DNA of 63,732 nt, the filler included, from Aduncisulcus paluster (taxonomy: Eukaryota), in assembly GCA_024181965.1 (NCBI GenBank). It is 5 parts of 5 records of this genome, joined end to end, with 100 filler letters (N's around TTAATTAATTAA, not from the genome) between each part and the next. Parts side by side here need not be neighbours in the genome. Positions count along the whole stretch, not along the records: positions 25,812 to 37,615 come from BQXS01012670.1; positions 37,716 to 44,959 come from BQXS01012672.1; positions 45,060 to 61,262 come from BQXS01012673.1; 2 more parts are not named here. The stretch is one strand, 5' to 3'. This document shows positions 33,448 through 46,850 of this stretch, in pieces. Under the pieces are notes generated by a model. The model saw only the letters and a program-made list of their open reading frames with translations. It did not search any database and was not told the DNA's origin. The translations under genes and the position numbers were made by a program. Numbering within the stretch: position 1 is the first letter of the stretch; each line of letters begins with the position of its first letter.

Positions 33448-33828
33448 ATGAGTACAATTGTATGTAATTTTTTGTTTTGTTCTTAATTTAATTTCAAAAG
33501 CTAGATTATATTGGTCTTTCGTTAACAATCATTTTATTCTTAGAAAAAACAACCTTTATCACAAGAGGAACTTTTAACCGTTGGTCCCCTTCGACTTTTG
33601 ACCGAAAGCGTTACTCATAATACAAAAATCGCCATTTCTCTCAGGAATAACCATAAAATGTTCGCCAATATTCGGTTTTTCGATAAACACTTTAATATGG
33701 TTTTAGAAAATGTCAAAGAAACATGGGTCATTCGTGATGGGAAACAAGTTCATCAACGTGCCAGATTCATATCAAAAATGTTCTTGAGAGGTGATAATGT
33801 AATTCTCGTTGTTAAAGCCGCAGAATAG
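33448..33828 (+). CDS. SNRPD2: Small nuclear ribonucleoprotein Sm D2, 2 exons (33448-33459, 33544-33828)
   Basis: GPLRLLTESV, RNNHKM, FDKHFNMVLENVKETW and RFISKMFLRGDNVILV motifs. Confidence 0.95.
33460..33543 (+). other. Spliceosomal intron (84 nt) in SmD2
   Basis: GTATGT...GTTAAC...CTTAG, phase 0; supplies the missing ATG. Confidence 0.88.
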
Positions 33829-34370
33829 AATAGAATATGTTATTAATGTTATAATAGAGTGTATCTAATATCGGGGAATGCCGTATATTTTAATAATTTA
33901 TGGTAATATCTTCTATTCTACCAACTTATTCAAAGATGGAGCGTTCTTGAAATGTTGACTGACTTATCGGTGTATATGAGATCATTTCAATCAAACTTAT
34001 TCATGCAACATTCCTTTTTCTATCTATAATCTTATAAAATATTTAATTATTAGTGTTTTCCTTGTTTCAGTTTGAGAATATCAAAAAGAATTGAGTTACA
34101 ACATATTAATAAAAGATCCAAGCTATTTACGCAAAATATACTTGTTTTCTCACTCCTTTTTTTTCCTAATATCGCGAGAATCATCAATATTTAAGAATAG
34201 TGAGAAAGGTGTGAATATAGGCATTTTTTATTATAATTTTAGTAATTTGGACATTTTATAAATAGAACATTAAACATGAATTGAGAATAAGACGAAATAA
34301 TACATTATGAAAGCAAGGATCGCCGCGATTAGCGAACATAATGAAAATTTCATAATTTATGAATAAGTTT

Positions 34371-34613
34371 TCACTTCTTTCGTTTTCCTCCAATTCCACA
34401 TATAAAGCATGATCTTTTAACATAGGGATTGCTGCTCATTCCGTCGCTATCAACAAGAGGATCATTACCTCCCATTGTAAAGCGAATAATTTCTTTTGAT
34501 ACTTCAGAAATCTTCATAATACGCGTAGAAGCTTGAAGTTGTTGTTTTAACCTGTCATTCAAGGCAATTTGTCTCTCTAGCTCTCTTTTGGCTGAATCAG
34601 TTGGACGAGACAT
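34371..34613 (-). CDS. Heterotrimeric G-protein gamma subunit (GGL domain)
   Basis: 80 aa; N-terminal coiled coil, then KISEVSKEIIRF, DPLV, NPY and a C-terminal CFIC. Confidence 0.8.
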   Translation of the reverse strand: MSRPTDSAKRELERQIALNDRLKQQLQASTRIMKISEVSKEIIRFTMGGNDPLVDSDGMSSNPYVKRSCFICGIGGKRKK

Positions 34614-34782
34614 ATTAATTGTATAATATTGAGTAGATAAGATAAAAGAGATATATTTAAATAAATGAATAAAAAATTATTCGTGAAATGTGTTTCAAAA
34701 TGCAGTTATTGAATCTTTTGTGAGATGGAGTTGATTTTCAGCTCTCGATTCGTTTCAGCGATCTTGGGCCAAATTAGGAACC

Positions 34783-37615
34783 ATGGTTTTAAGTAATGAT
34801 GAAATTAGTGGTGAAATAATGGCATGGGTTGGACCTTATGCTTGTAGTGGTGGAAAATTAGTTCCAGAAGCTACTTCAGTTGATGATATGAAGGTTTCAT
34901 ATAGCAAGCATGAAGATGCCATTAATCAAATTATTTCTGTTCTTATTGGGGCTAAAGATGATAAACTCCCTCCAATTGAAACTATTTTTACAATTATTTC
35001 TCTCTCATCTCGCTTATCATATTCCAATCATGTTCCAAGCCTGCAATTGTTAAAGAAATTGGCAAATTGGAGTATTACCAAATTGGATAATACCTTTTCA
35101 AAATCATTCAAACTTACTGAATCCAAAATTACTAGGATTGCTGAAGTTATTAATGAAAATAGTGAACTGAGCGATAGTATGCTCAAGTCACTATTTTCTT
35201 TGTTCCCTCAGGTCAAAATTGATCTTCAAGTTATCCTTGCCTTTCGAATATTGGAATATTCTTTTTCATATCTTCCTCTTTCCAAAATAGTGCCCGTATT
35301 CGAGAAAATAATTAATTATTTTAATAATCTTATAAAAATTAATAATGAATATATGTTCAAATATAAAGGTCTTGCTGCAAAGCCCGATAATATTGAAGAA
35401 AACAAGACGAATTATCATCTTCCTCCTTCTATTGGTATTGATTATGCTATTTTTAATACTTTTCTAAATTTTACGTTTAAACAGATATCTGATTATGTTC
35501 CTTCCTTTTTTCTTCTGTTGAATCCATTAATTACAATCATTGATCATCTTCAGAAGTCTGGAGGAGCTATTATTGATTCGGAAGACGAACAAAGTGAGAA
35601 AGAATCTATTTCATTACAAGTTCTCCCTACTTGTGTTCCCCTTTGTTGTTCTTTGATGGTTTTATCCATGTCCCTCAATCCTAGTGCTCATGTTCAGACT
35701 TACATACTTTCTACCCTAAAATCGATCTTTTCAATGCTTCAAATGTATTCAGCGGATGATATCGTGCGAATTCTTGGTGATATTGGTGCTGACAACAATG
35801 CTGTTGGATTCTGTGGGTATATTCAGAATGTAGCGAATGCCGGAAAAGAGGAAGAAGGTGTAATTTCATCTCATTCCGATGATATATCCTCCCATTTCTC
35901 AATATTCACGCATTTCTTGATATACCTTCCAAAATTGATTCTTTCTCCATTGTTTTTAGTTCGTAGATATGCTATTATGGTTTGCAAGGAACTCCCTCTC
36001 TCATTCTGCTTCCCAACGTATCCATCCATCCTTCCTTCGTGTGTTACTGGTTCCTATTCTTCCCCTTTGCCGATATTCACTTCTCTCGTTGATTCCCTCT
36101 GTGGTTTGTCCCTCTTCGATGGTTCAAACCCTTCGTTAACTGAACGATCGATATCTGTGTGGATCGATAAGCTCAGGAAACTCCACACTCAGCTTGAGGG
36201 TGTGTGTGTATCCGCGGATACGACCCTATGGGATCATTCAACTCGTAGTTGGAAAGGAAAAGATGATATTTCATCTTCTATGGGGTATAAATCTTCTAGT
36301 TCACTGCCTTTTTCGTTATCTAAACTCACATTCCACGTCTCTGAGCAAATTCTTTCTGTGTTTCTTGCCATTTCAATCTCTTTCTCTTCATTTTCATACC
36401 AACCGATGCAGAAACGGCTGCATGTACTTTTTGGATCTATTTTTAGAACATGTAGTATGGTGGAAAAAAGGAGAGGTGAGATATTGGGTAAGTTGAAGAA
36501 GAAGGATAGCATGAAAAAGAAGAAGGAATCTAAGAGTTATTCCCGTTGTAGCTATTCTGTTGATCATCTCTCCCTCTCTCTTCCTTCTCTCTTTTCTTCT
36601 CATCTAATGCCCTTTATCGTCCATTCTCTTACGTTGACCTCCTCCCATGGACTTGAGCACGACCTGATATCCCAGTGCCTCAGTGGAGACTGGATAAGTG
36701 ACCATGCAGATGTCTCTGAGTATCATAGGAAGTTAATCGAATACACACTGGCTCAGAGGCACAGGGGAGAAGAAGAAGAGGAAGAGGAAGAAGAGGAAGT
36801 GAGGTTGAAGAGGAGTGAAAGGATAAGGTTGAAAGAAGAAGAGTCTCTTAGACGTGAGGAAGAGTTTAGGGATCAACTTAGAAGATGTTTTTATTCTTTC
36901 TCTTCCATTGAATGTAAGGTTAATGCTGAGAAAATAGGAAAGAGAAGATATGGAGAATTGAAATCTTTAACTTTAATGTCAAGAAAAGATCAGAAACACA
37001 ATGCATCTAATGCAAATGATAACATTCGCACTACTGATTCCTCTTCTGATGTAATTGGAACCCCTGTGAGTTCTCCATGTAATTTGCTCCCCCTCTCTCT
37101 CTTCCTCTCCCCTCTTTTCTTCTTCAATTCGTATCTTCCTGACTCTTCTTTCTCTACTTCTCCGCTTCCTTCCCACTGCTCCTTGTCTCCAATTACTCTT
37201 TGTGAGTCCTTCTTGGTTGTTTCCAGTATCACATCAAGGATGTCACCTCCACAGAGCACATCTCAAGCTCTTGTTAAGTCTTCTTCACATTTCAATCAAA
37301 GATCCGCAAGTTCAGCATCTAAATTGATTGTTCTCTCCTCTTTATCGTTGTCTTCTCTCCAGCCTCTCTTGTCCATCCACTGTTCATCTTCCCCTCACTC
37401 GAGCATCTTCACGACTCTCTCCAACTCTATGTGTGCTCCCGCTCTGCCTGAAGATCATATCTATACTCAACAAGAGAGATCTCTTCTGAAGTCATTTGTT
37501 GAGGTTGGAGTCAAGCATTCACCAGTTATATCAATGTTAGTGTTAATTGGAGTTGAGGAGAATGTCAAAACAAGGGAGAGGAAAGGAAAGGCGCAAGGAA
37601 TCGGACTTTGGATGG
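34783..37615 (+). CDS. Large hypothetical protein (helical, Ser-rich), 3'-truncated
   Basis: ATG ORF of over 940 codons running into the linker. Confidence 0.75.
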
Positions 37616-37715
37616 NNNNNNNNNNNNNNNNNNNNNNNNNNNNNNNNNNNNNNNNNNNNTTAATTAATTAANNNNNNNNNNNNNNNNNNNNNNNNNNNNN
37701 NNNNNNNNNNNNNNN

Positions 37716-38762
37716 GTCTCACTCTCACACATATCTCCATTCGAGTGCACGTAGCACATATGGAAATGAAGGGAAGAAATAGCTCTCCAAGCTTAGAACA
37801 ATGAGGGAAAGCTTGGCCATCATACACGAAGGGTTCCCAAGGTTCATTTGAAGGAAGGTCTTCCTCTTCCTCCTCTTCCTCCTCTTCCTGTCCTTCTGTC
37901 ACAAGCTTCTCAGAAGTTGATTTTGTTTTGCTTCTTTTTGAGGCAGGAACATCTTCATCACTTCTGACTGTGGCATGTCTCTTAACAAACATACCAGGAG
38001 AAAAAGCACCAGGTTCCTTCTCTTCCTCTTCCTCTTCCTCTTCTTCCTCCTCCTCTTCTTCCTCCTCCTCTTCTTCCTCTTCCTCTTCCAATTCTCCATC
38101 TTGTATTTTCTGCAATAGGACCTTCACATCTTCCTTGAGTTCTTTTTTAGTGGCAGGTCTAATACTTTTCATTATTGCAGAGTTAAAACAGTCAATTGTA
38201 TGTAAAGCAAGCTCAATAGGGACAGTGATAGAAAGGATATTGGCATTATCAAGAACGAAGCAGATAGCTGTCGTATATTGAGCTGTATAGAGATCACTAA
38301 ATCCATGATTTCGCATGATTATCATCATATCCTCCATAATATTCCGGTATAATGAATAAAACTTTGAAACACGCCACTTATCAACACCATGCCACTCACG
38401 ACACATGGTCTTAAAAAAACATAAGATAAACATGCCCCATGTCAGGGGCTTTTCCGATAATGCATATTGCAGCTGTGAAATTGATGCTGCACATTCTAAT
38501 TGGATGAAAGGTTTATCACTATGCCACATACAATAATACAACCCTTTCCAGAGCTTCATCATATCTAATTCTGACAATTTAGTAACTTCAGATTTTAAAT
38601 ACTCATCAAGTTGCTGGACAGCATTGTCCCTTACGGGTTTTTCTAAAGGGATAGGTTGATTATGAGATAGACAACGACAAAATAAAATATTACTCCAAAA
38701 AAATACAATAACATACCAGGATCAGCAAGATTCCAGGCAAAATCAAGGATTGAATCACCCAT
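37716..38762 (-). CDS. RRP1: RRP1/Nop52 rRNA-processing protein, 2 exons (38762-38717, 38642 onward), 3'-truncated
   Basis: Spliced LADPEKPVRDNAV; KLWKGLYYCMWHSDKP and REWHGVDKWRVSKFY motifs. Confidence 0.92.
38643..38716 (-). other. Spliceosomal intron (74 nt) in RRP1
   Basis: GTATGT...CCCTTTAG; restores the conserved N-terminus. Confidence 0.88.
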
Positions 38763-38891
38763 ATCTGCGTACAATACTGATTTTGCAGAAAAGGAACAAA
38801 TTGGGTCCTTTCATCGGTGATTTCGGGTTTTAGAGAACAAATTTAATAAATTTATTCAAATCAGATCTTGTTTTATTGTTATTTTGATAAT

Positions 38892-41800
38892 TTATTTATT
38901 TTGATCGCTAAATTCGTGACAATACGCTATACTCCGCTTTTCTTGTTCAGAAAGAGGTATGAGAGATATATTGGGTTTCATGGAGAGTTCAGATATTGAA
39001 GGAGATGTTATGTAAGCTTCATCAAGATACATATCTATATGACCAGAAATATCATGAATTTTTCTTTTTCGGGCTTCGATACGGGCCTGAGATCTCCGAC
39101 TCTTTTCCTGTCTCATTTTTGCCAACGAAATACGTGGGTCATATGTCGATTTCTTGATCCATTTCTTCCATTCATCTTGTGCCCGATTTTCTTGTTCAAT
39201 TCTCTTCAATCTTTCCTCTTCACATCGTTCTCTAAAAGTCTTGAGTTTGTGAGTAGGACGGGTGTCCACAAAATATTGTGCATGCCCGTATTTTCGCTGC
39301 TCACTCGCTGGTTTTCCATTTTTTGGTTGCTTCTTAGTGCCCTCAGAAGAATAATAAAATGACACCCCACCCTTGCTTGACTGAATAACCCCAATATCTT
39401 TGTCGGACACAGGTGGAATAGCCCTCCAAGGGGGAATTGAAGAATGACCATGAAGAGGGAATTGGGAAGAGGTTACAACATCTGAAGGAGGAAGTTCAGG
39501 GATAGCTCGCATTGGATTTGTGAGATCTTCATGTACTTCAGCTTCTACAGATTTCAGACGTTCCTTTTCAGCCTCATGGAGTGCAATTTGTTTTGAAATC
39601 TCCTTTTCAACCTTTTCTGCATCTATCTTCCTCCATTTCTCCTTAGCTTCTATAATATCTCGCTCGTGACGATCGATATTACTCACTATCTGTGAGATTG
39701 ACGAAGGGGTTGAACTGGTGTTGGCTCTATTCATTGATGTAGACACAGAAGGAGGCGTCAAAAAAGAACCACTATCATTTGCTGGAATAACGAATGATAC
39801 CGACTGATGCTCTGGGGCTTGGGAAGACCTATGGACTTGGAGAGGCGTTGTTTGGATAGAATCCAACTCTTTTGAATCCCCAACTCTTTGTTGTTCGAGA
39901 ACTACATCAATATTTGGTTCGTTCCTGGCCTGAACATCGGATATCTTCTCATCTGGTTCAGCAACACTTGATTGTGATCTCCTGATTTCTTTCTCGTCAG
40001 TCTGAGGTTTAGAAGAGTCAAGATGAGTTGAATGGAGTGAAAGATCGGAGAATCTCGACCGAATTTCAGTCAATATCTCTCCAATAGAGACGGATTTGAT
40101 CTTTGGTTGAGCTCCTTCAGGAATGGAACCTAATAATCCTTGCTCTTCTTGTTCAAACTCTTGAACCGAAACAGGAACACCACGAATTGAGAGAGATTGA
40201 CCCTCAACACATGGTAGAACCATCGTGGCTATTTCACGAAGAGCTCGCTTCATCTCTGCGAGGGTTCCAGAGAGGTGGGAAAGGAAAGAAGGAATAGAAG
40301 ATGGCGATACAGGTCCAAATACATGTCTCAGGAAAACAAAGGCCTTCATGAGAGTCAAAGACAACTGTGGGGATGGAGTAGGCAATGAATCTGACTGTTT
40401 TCCAAGAGACGAGATGATTTCAGAATGTTGTTTAGCATCATCAACGTTGTCTTTACCACTATAAGCAGTCATGGAAGGTCCATGGGATATTTTCGGTGAA
40501 GCTGGTAGAGCGAAGGAGATGGAATGTTTTTGATCTCTTACACGAGCTAAATGTGATTGAGATGATTCAGAATCACGAGCTATATGGTTAATTTCCGACC
40601 GTTTAACTCTTATCCTCTTCTTAATACCCTTTCTTCCCCTGGATTGTGCCGATTGAGCATCCATTCTATTAGATCTCATAGTCGATAGCAAGGTCTTTGT
40701 TTTTGGATACTCATGAGAGGGCATTGAAGACAAAATACAGAGAGGATCACTCTTAAAAGAAGGATTCTCATCACCAATAGTCGCTTCTACTCCATATTTA
40801 GATTGCAATTGAGATTTCCTTTCCCATTCGTCAAGTTCCCTGTCAATTTGTTGCATTCCTTCCTTTCTCCGCCTCTCCTCGATGTGCTCAGTCAATACAT
40901 CATTCAAACAGAGACACAATTGGCTGTGGAGAGCATTGAGAGACGAATATGAGGGAGATGGAAGGGCATCAGGGATCTGAATAGCAAGCAATGACGAGGC
41001 TGATCCAGATTTGCTTGAAGAATTAACACATGAAGTCTCTGCTGAATATAATGGGGAACTCTTCTTCTTTCTCCAACTCTCGACTCGTTCACGTTCACAT
41101 ACACACGTTGCTAGACTTCGTAGACTGGCGGGGAGTCTCTCAATCCCAACTTTTCTCACAAGCCAAGCCCTGAGTCTCCTAAGCAAGACTAAGTCAGACA
41201 ATGACGTCAATGTCACACGGATGGAAGAGATAAGAGGAGAAAGGAATTCAGTCAATTTAGAAGAAAGAGAGGAGTGGTCTGTGAAGAATGGAGAGAGTAA
41301 AGATCCTGAGGAAGCCTTACCATCTCGTGATAATTTCCTTAGAGATTCTGAGTATGATGCTCTATCTGCAGAGGGAAGATCAACACCATATTTATGGAAT
41401 TCTTGCTCAATTTGAACAATCATATCTGAGAAAACATTCGTCATGGTTGCAAGTCTGGCATGAAGGTCACATGTGCACACAATTTCTGAAACATCCTTGA
41501 CACCGCACACAACACACACAGCAGTCAAAGTATTTCTGAGATCAGAGGGAGTCAAAAGATGGACGTTGAGGTTCTGTACTTGCGATTGAGCAATGTGACG
41601 GTTTCGATCACGTTCAATACGAAGTCGAGCACTCTCACGCTTAGATAATTGAGGAGGTAATACATCTGGAGGCGTTGTGGGAATCGAAACAATGGTATGT
41701 GCAAGAGATTTAACCTGTTTGAGTTTCTCAACATCTATTTTTAGTCTCTTATTCATTTCACGTAACTCTTCTACTTCAGCTTGTAAAGAAATAATAGTTT

Positions 41801-44800
41801 CAGATTTCTCATCCAAATTTAACATCAAGCGATCAATTCCACCAATCTCCTTTTTCCGGCATTCTTTTCCAATACTTTGACCATCATCTTCTAAAACCTT
41901 AACCCATAATCCTGAATTTTCATCCCCTTCTTCCTCTTCTTCTTCTTCCTTCTCTTTCTCTTCGTGAGAAAGCATAGAACGCAAGGCTTTGACTTTTTCT
42001 TGCTCATTTTGATAAGACAAGAGAACTTTTGCGTGTTCTTTATGCAATTCTTGGAGTCCCGATAGCAGTTTTTGGATAGTGGAGGGAGTAGGAATGAAAC
42101 CCTTTCTCCCCTTGGCCAATTCAACACATCTACCAGGCTTCCCAAGAATAGAATCAACGAATTCGAGTCCTGAAGCTCTTTCACGGGCATTGGTTTGTTT
42201 AGAATCCTCCAATTCTTTTGAGAGAGATAATATCTCTGATTGTTTTGTTGAAAGTTGCCTACTGAGTGAATCACGTTCTTTTGACACTGTTTCGAGCAAA
42301 GTTTGAGTATCATTCAATTGACCCTTGACTTGAGCAAGTTTAAAAGCGATTGATTGATGAGATTCTTTCTCGTTGTCAATTGTTTCTCCTCGTTGCGAGG
42401 CTATATCTTTCCAATATTCCAATTCTTTCATCCATTTTTGCTCCTTTTCAGTTATATCTTGTTCTTGATCATCCACTGTTCGTCTCAACTCATCCTTCTC
42501 ACGAATAAGACCTTGTATTTTGTCAGAGAGTTTCTTTTTCTCATCCTCAAATGAAGATATAGTCCGTGACAGTTTCATCCTTCCATCCTCAACAGACGTT
42601 CTTAAAACACCTTCAGATTCATAGAATTTCTGTTTCAATGCGGTTATTTCTTTCTCTTTTTGTTTCTCCATCATAGTTCTCTCCCTCAAAAGTCTAATAT
42701 TCGTTGCTTCTCTCTCTTCTTCCTGCATGATTCTGTCAATTTCCACCGTGGATCTTTCAACAACCCCACTGAACGAAGCATTATGGCGTAATGAAACAGT
42801 AGGAGTTGAAACGGATTCCTTTTCAATCCCAGAGATTTCATTCCTGAGCTGAGCAAGACAAAGGGACATACGCTCCTTATCGCCACTTTCATAGCTGTAA
42901 TCTAATTCCTTGATGAGTTGGGTCAGTTTGATGGGCAATGGAGAATGAGAAGAGGAAGAGGAGGAATGGTCTTCCTCAAGAACTTGAGAGGGAAGGACAG
43001 GAGACGATCCAAGAGAGCGATTACTTTGCAACAGAGATGGTTTGACATCTTTGGGCTTTGAAGAGGAAATTGTTGAATCAGAGGAGATGTTTCGAAGACT
43101 TGAGAAGGGGATAGACGACGGGTTTGACCGACTGCTGTTCTTTGGGGATGTGGATGAAGTTGAACAACCTTTGGAAGACTCAGAGGGAGCAGAAACAGCA
43201 CCAGTGCCCTGAGGATGCTGTTGAGAATCAGCGCCAAAAATAGCTTGCTGAGAAAGTTGAGCAATATCACTCGAAACTTGGGCCCCAGACTCACTTTGCG
43301 AGAGAGTTATCTTATCAGATCCTGATGATGGAAAAAACAGCTGAGGAATAGAACCCTCTGCAGCAAATGTTCCATTTTCAGCCCCATTCGAAGCTCTTGA
43401 CAGACTTGCATTCTTTAAATCTTGAGTACTACCTGAATTTTCATCAGTAGTATGCCTTGATGACGATTCAACTGATGATATCAGAGATAGTGACCCCGAT
43501 AGAGTACCTTGGTTTGGGACCAACAGTTGTTTCGAGGGCTGAGATGCTGTTACTCTTGGCGTAGTCGCTATTCTTTGACCAGATCGATCATGATGAGGTG
43601 CTGAACTTGACACAACACCTCCTCCTTCACAAGGGGTAGCTTCCACAATATTAGCAGAGCTCTCCGATTCAAACTCGTCGATTTCTTCCATTTCTCTTAC
43701 AGGTTGTGCACTGAGTGTGTGTGAATCCCTGGAATCTTGTTCGAAAGGTCTGGTAACTCTTCTATCGGTTGTAGACTCATCACACGACGAACAAGCAAAC
43801 CTTTGAAGGTCATGCTCCAACATAGGGGCGGAAGAATGGGAGGAAGAGGAGGAACGTGCAGAATGATCACGGTCAAACCATCGTCTAATCCTCGGAGAGT
43901 CTGAACCAGGAACACTCTTATCTTGGTCTTCCATTATGATAATTGGGCCAGACAGGGAGGCATCACTGGATTTAGAAGAAACGGAGGACGACGATGAAGC
44001 AGGCGGAGATGATTTGTGAATTACACCATTGGAGGCTTGTGACTGAGATTCGTGTCGAATGCCATCTACCTCAACCCTTTCAAGAGAAGAGAGTGTCTTG
44101 GAGGAATTATCATCCTCATCGACAGATAGAAGGGTTAGTAGGGGGTGTTTTTCAATGATGGAGCGACCAAGACTCTTACCATTGGCAGATTTGTCTGAGA
44201 TAGCCTCATCATGAAGCCCAACAATATGATAGGGCTGTAAAAACGAAGGAATACTTGAATTTGAGGATGAAGCGGACAAAGATCCAGTCCCCGATTCTGT
44301 AGGATTTGTTGGAGAATGTCGTTGAGAGGTTATAATATCTTCTTTTCTAGCATCAACATTTTCACCGAGTCCATCTTCAATGACATCTTGTAGATGGTCT
44401 TCAGAACTCTTTCTTTCTTCCGGCATTCTTTCTTCCGGCATTCTTGACATAGTTTCTTCAGTGAGTTTTGATGGAACATGCTCCAAGCTCTGATTATTTT
44501 CAGAGAGAGAGATTAGTGGCGTCGAAGAAGCAGATATTCTATCATAATGATAAGTAGACATAGATTCGACTCTTGATTCCTTCAGAGATGAAGGGTGAGT
44601 TGGAGCATGTGCAAATGAACGTTCGTGGTCGATATTTGTCAGAATAGTTGGGACTGACCCATCTTGAGGAGGAGAATCACCATGAAGAACAGGACTCATA
44701 CATTGTTGGTGGCTATCAGTGCCGTTAGTCATCGGTTTGGGAGTTAACAAACCAGTAATATCATCTTCATTGAGAATTCGGGAGCGGGCAAGGGAAGACG

Positions 44801-44959
44801 GAATGGTATCAAGTTCATCAGGGATTGTTGGATTTTCACGAGTTGTTCGATCATCACCGGTTGAGTGCCGGTCACTTTCATCGCCGACTGCCAATGTTGA
44901 ACCGGCAGGTCCGTGTTCATCCCCCTCATGTCCATTTGCAGAATGTGTTCCATTTCCAT
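38892..44959 (-). CDS. Very large Ser-rich/coiled-coil protein with a Cep70-like region, 5'-truncated
   Basis: Frame open to the contig end; long coiled coil; AFVFLRHVFGPVSPSSIPSFLSHLSGTLAEMKRALREIATMV resembles the Cep70 C-terminal HFQKLFDV...EMNNAVRNL motif. Confidence 0.55.
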
Positions 44960-45059
44960 NNNNNNNNNNNNNNNNNNNNNNNNNNNNNNNNNNNNNNNNN
45001 NNNTTAATTAATTAANNNNNNNNNNNNNNNNNNNNNNNNNNNNNNNNNNNNNNNNNNNN

Positions 45060-45430
45060 AATGCTGTGAATATCTCGGGGACTCGATGAGGATTTGTACA
45101 GAGAAGAGTTAGAATAGAGATGACCCATGATAGAGAAGCAGGTTCATCATAAAAGACCAAGAGATGGGCATTCTCATCTGATTTCTTTGGATGGGTGGAT
45201 CGTGATTCCTTCGAAAGAAAAGATGACACCGATGAAATACCAGTGATTTCATGTTGAAGTGTCTTCAGGATCGTCTCAAGAAAATGAAACAATTCTTCTT
45301 TGATAGAAGAATATCTCTCAAGTGGAATTTGAGATCCAACCAAGATAACACGCTTTAATTCAACAATATCACCAGAACAGGTGATTCGCCATTTCAAGGA
45401 TGAATCATCTTTACAAGAGAGCATAAACAA
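45060..45430 (-). CDS. N-terminus of a hypothetical protein, truncated at contig end
   Basis: Open frame running into the linker; first ATG at 45424. Confidence 0.5.
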
Positions 45431-45776
45431 GTTAAAATATTTCTAAAATCGAATTTCCAAAAAGAAAATAAAAGGGGTGAGAGAATAAAGTTTTCCTTTC
45501 TCCAAGAAAAAGGGATTCTTAAATTTCATCCTGAATAACTCCAAATTCTCATTTTATTGCAATTTTGACTCATTATTATGCATATTCAAGAATAGATCTT
45601 CGAAAATAATTGGGAAATTTATTTTGAAATGAAAGAGAACAACTACATACCTAATTATTGGATACAATACCTCAAAATCCAGATTACAATTAATTCTTTG
45701 CATCAAAATAATACAAGACAATAATAATAATATAAAAACACATGTTACGTATGAATTATGAGAAATAAATTCATCA

Positions 45777-46607
45777 TCACACATGTTCTTCGGGATGTTC
45801 AGTTCTAGTAATGTCAAGAGAGGCTGAGATCTCTGATGAAGCAACCTTTTCAGTTTTCCCAACACTCTTAAAAAGATAATAAAGGGGGAATATTATTCCA
45901 ACATGGAAGATTTCATTCCCAATTTGAAACAAATATTGGTCGTCATGACCAAAATAGATATCCCAATGCAAAGACTTACTGATTGTTTGAATTAAACCCA
46001 GAGTCAGAACAACAACAAGGAATATCTTAATGATTCTAATTTCTTGAATAATTTCAGGGGAGTGCCTATTTAAAAAGGAAATAACTACAAACTCAACCAC
46101 CAAAACGATCAAATAGTAACTAAACGTAGAAAACCTCCAATCTGTAACAAAAAGAAGAGCAATAAATCCTAAAAAGACAACAAAACATAGAAAATTGAAG
46201 AATTTCATCATTCGTAAGAAAGAACGATTTGTGTCAGCATCAAAAACTTTCTTATGAAATTTTACCATTGATAAAATACTAAGTTGGTAGAAGAATATGG
46301 CCACACATCCAAAAAACACACATGTTGGCCAAGAAAATTTATATATTTGCATATTTGCAGTGAAGTGAGAGATTGCACCACTTACACCAAAAATCCCCAT
46401 AGAAAAAAATCCAAATGCCCATAAAAACATAGAATCGAATGCAATATTATCATTTTCAACTTCGGAACCTCCTAAAACCTTCTTATTTTTGTGATGATTA
46501 ACATTCCTGAATAAAAAAAAGGAATATAAGAGGCATTCAATTCCAAGAAAACCATCAGTAAACAATGTAATTGGTTCAGATAATTTTTGCTCCGAATAAT
46601 ATGTCAT
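45777..46607 (-). CDS. About 7-TM membrane protein, DUF6962/CREST-like
   Basis: EPITLFTDG, GAISHF and GNEIFHV motifs between hydrophobic helices. Confidence 0.6.
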   Translation of the reverse strand: MTYYSEQKLSEPITLFTDGFLGIECLLYSFFLFRNVNHHKNKKVLGGSEVENDNIAFDSMFLWAFGFFSMGIFGVSGAISHFTANMQIYKFSWPTCVFFGCVAIFFYQLSILSMVKFHKKVFDADTNRSFLRMMKFFNFLCFVVFLGFIALLFVTDWRFSTFSYYLIVLVVEFVVISFLNRHSPEIIQEIRIIKIFLVVVLTLGLIQTISKSLHWDIYFGHDDQYLFQIGNEIFHVGIIFPLYYLFKSVGKTEKVASSEISASLDITRTEHPEEHV

Positions 46608-46850
46608 TATTCAAAGTGGCACGAGAAAAACATAGGGAAAATAATTATTTTTCGATCTAGTCAAATTTTGCAACTCAAGTTAGATCACACAACTGTTTTT
46701 GTAAAAGAACTCAAAGAAAATTTTTTGTGAGAGAATATCAGAGTCATATTATTTTACTTTACCCGAGAATTTCAAAAAAATCAAAAATAATTGTCCCCGT
46801 TCAAAAAAAAGAGAAATAAATAAATTAAGACATCTATATCAAATAACTTC

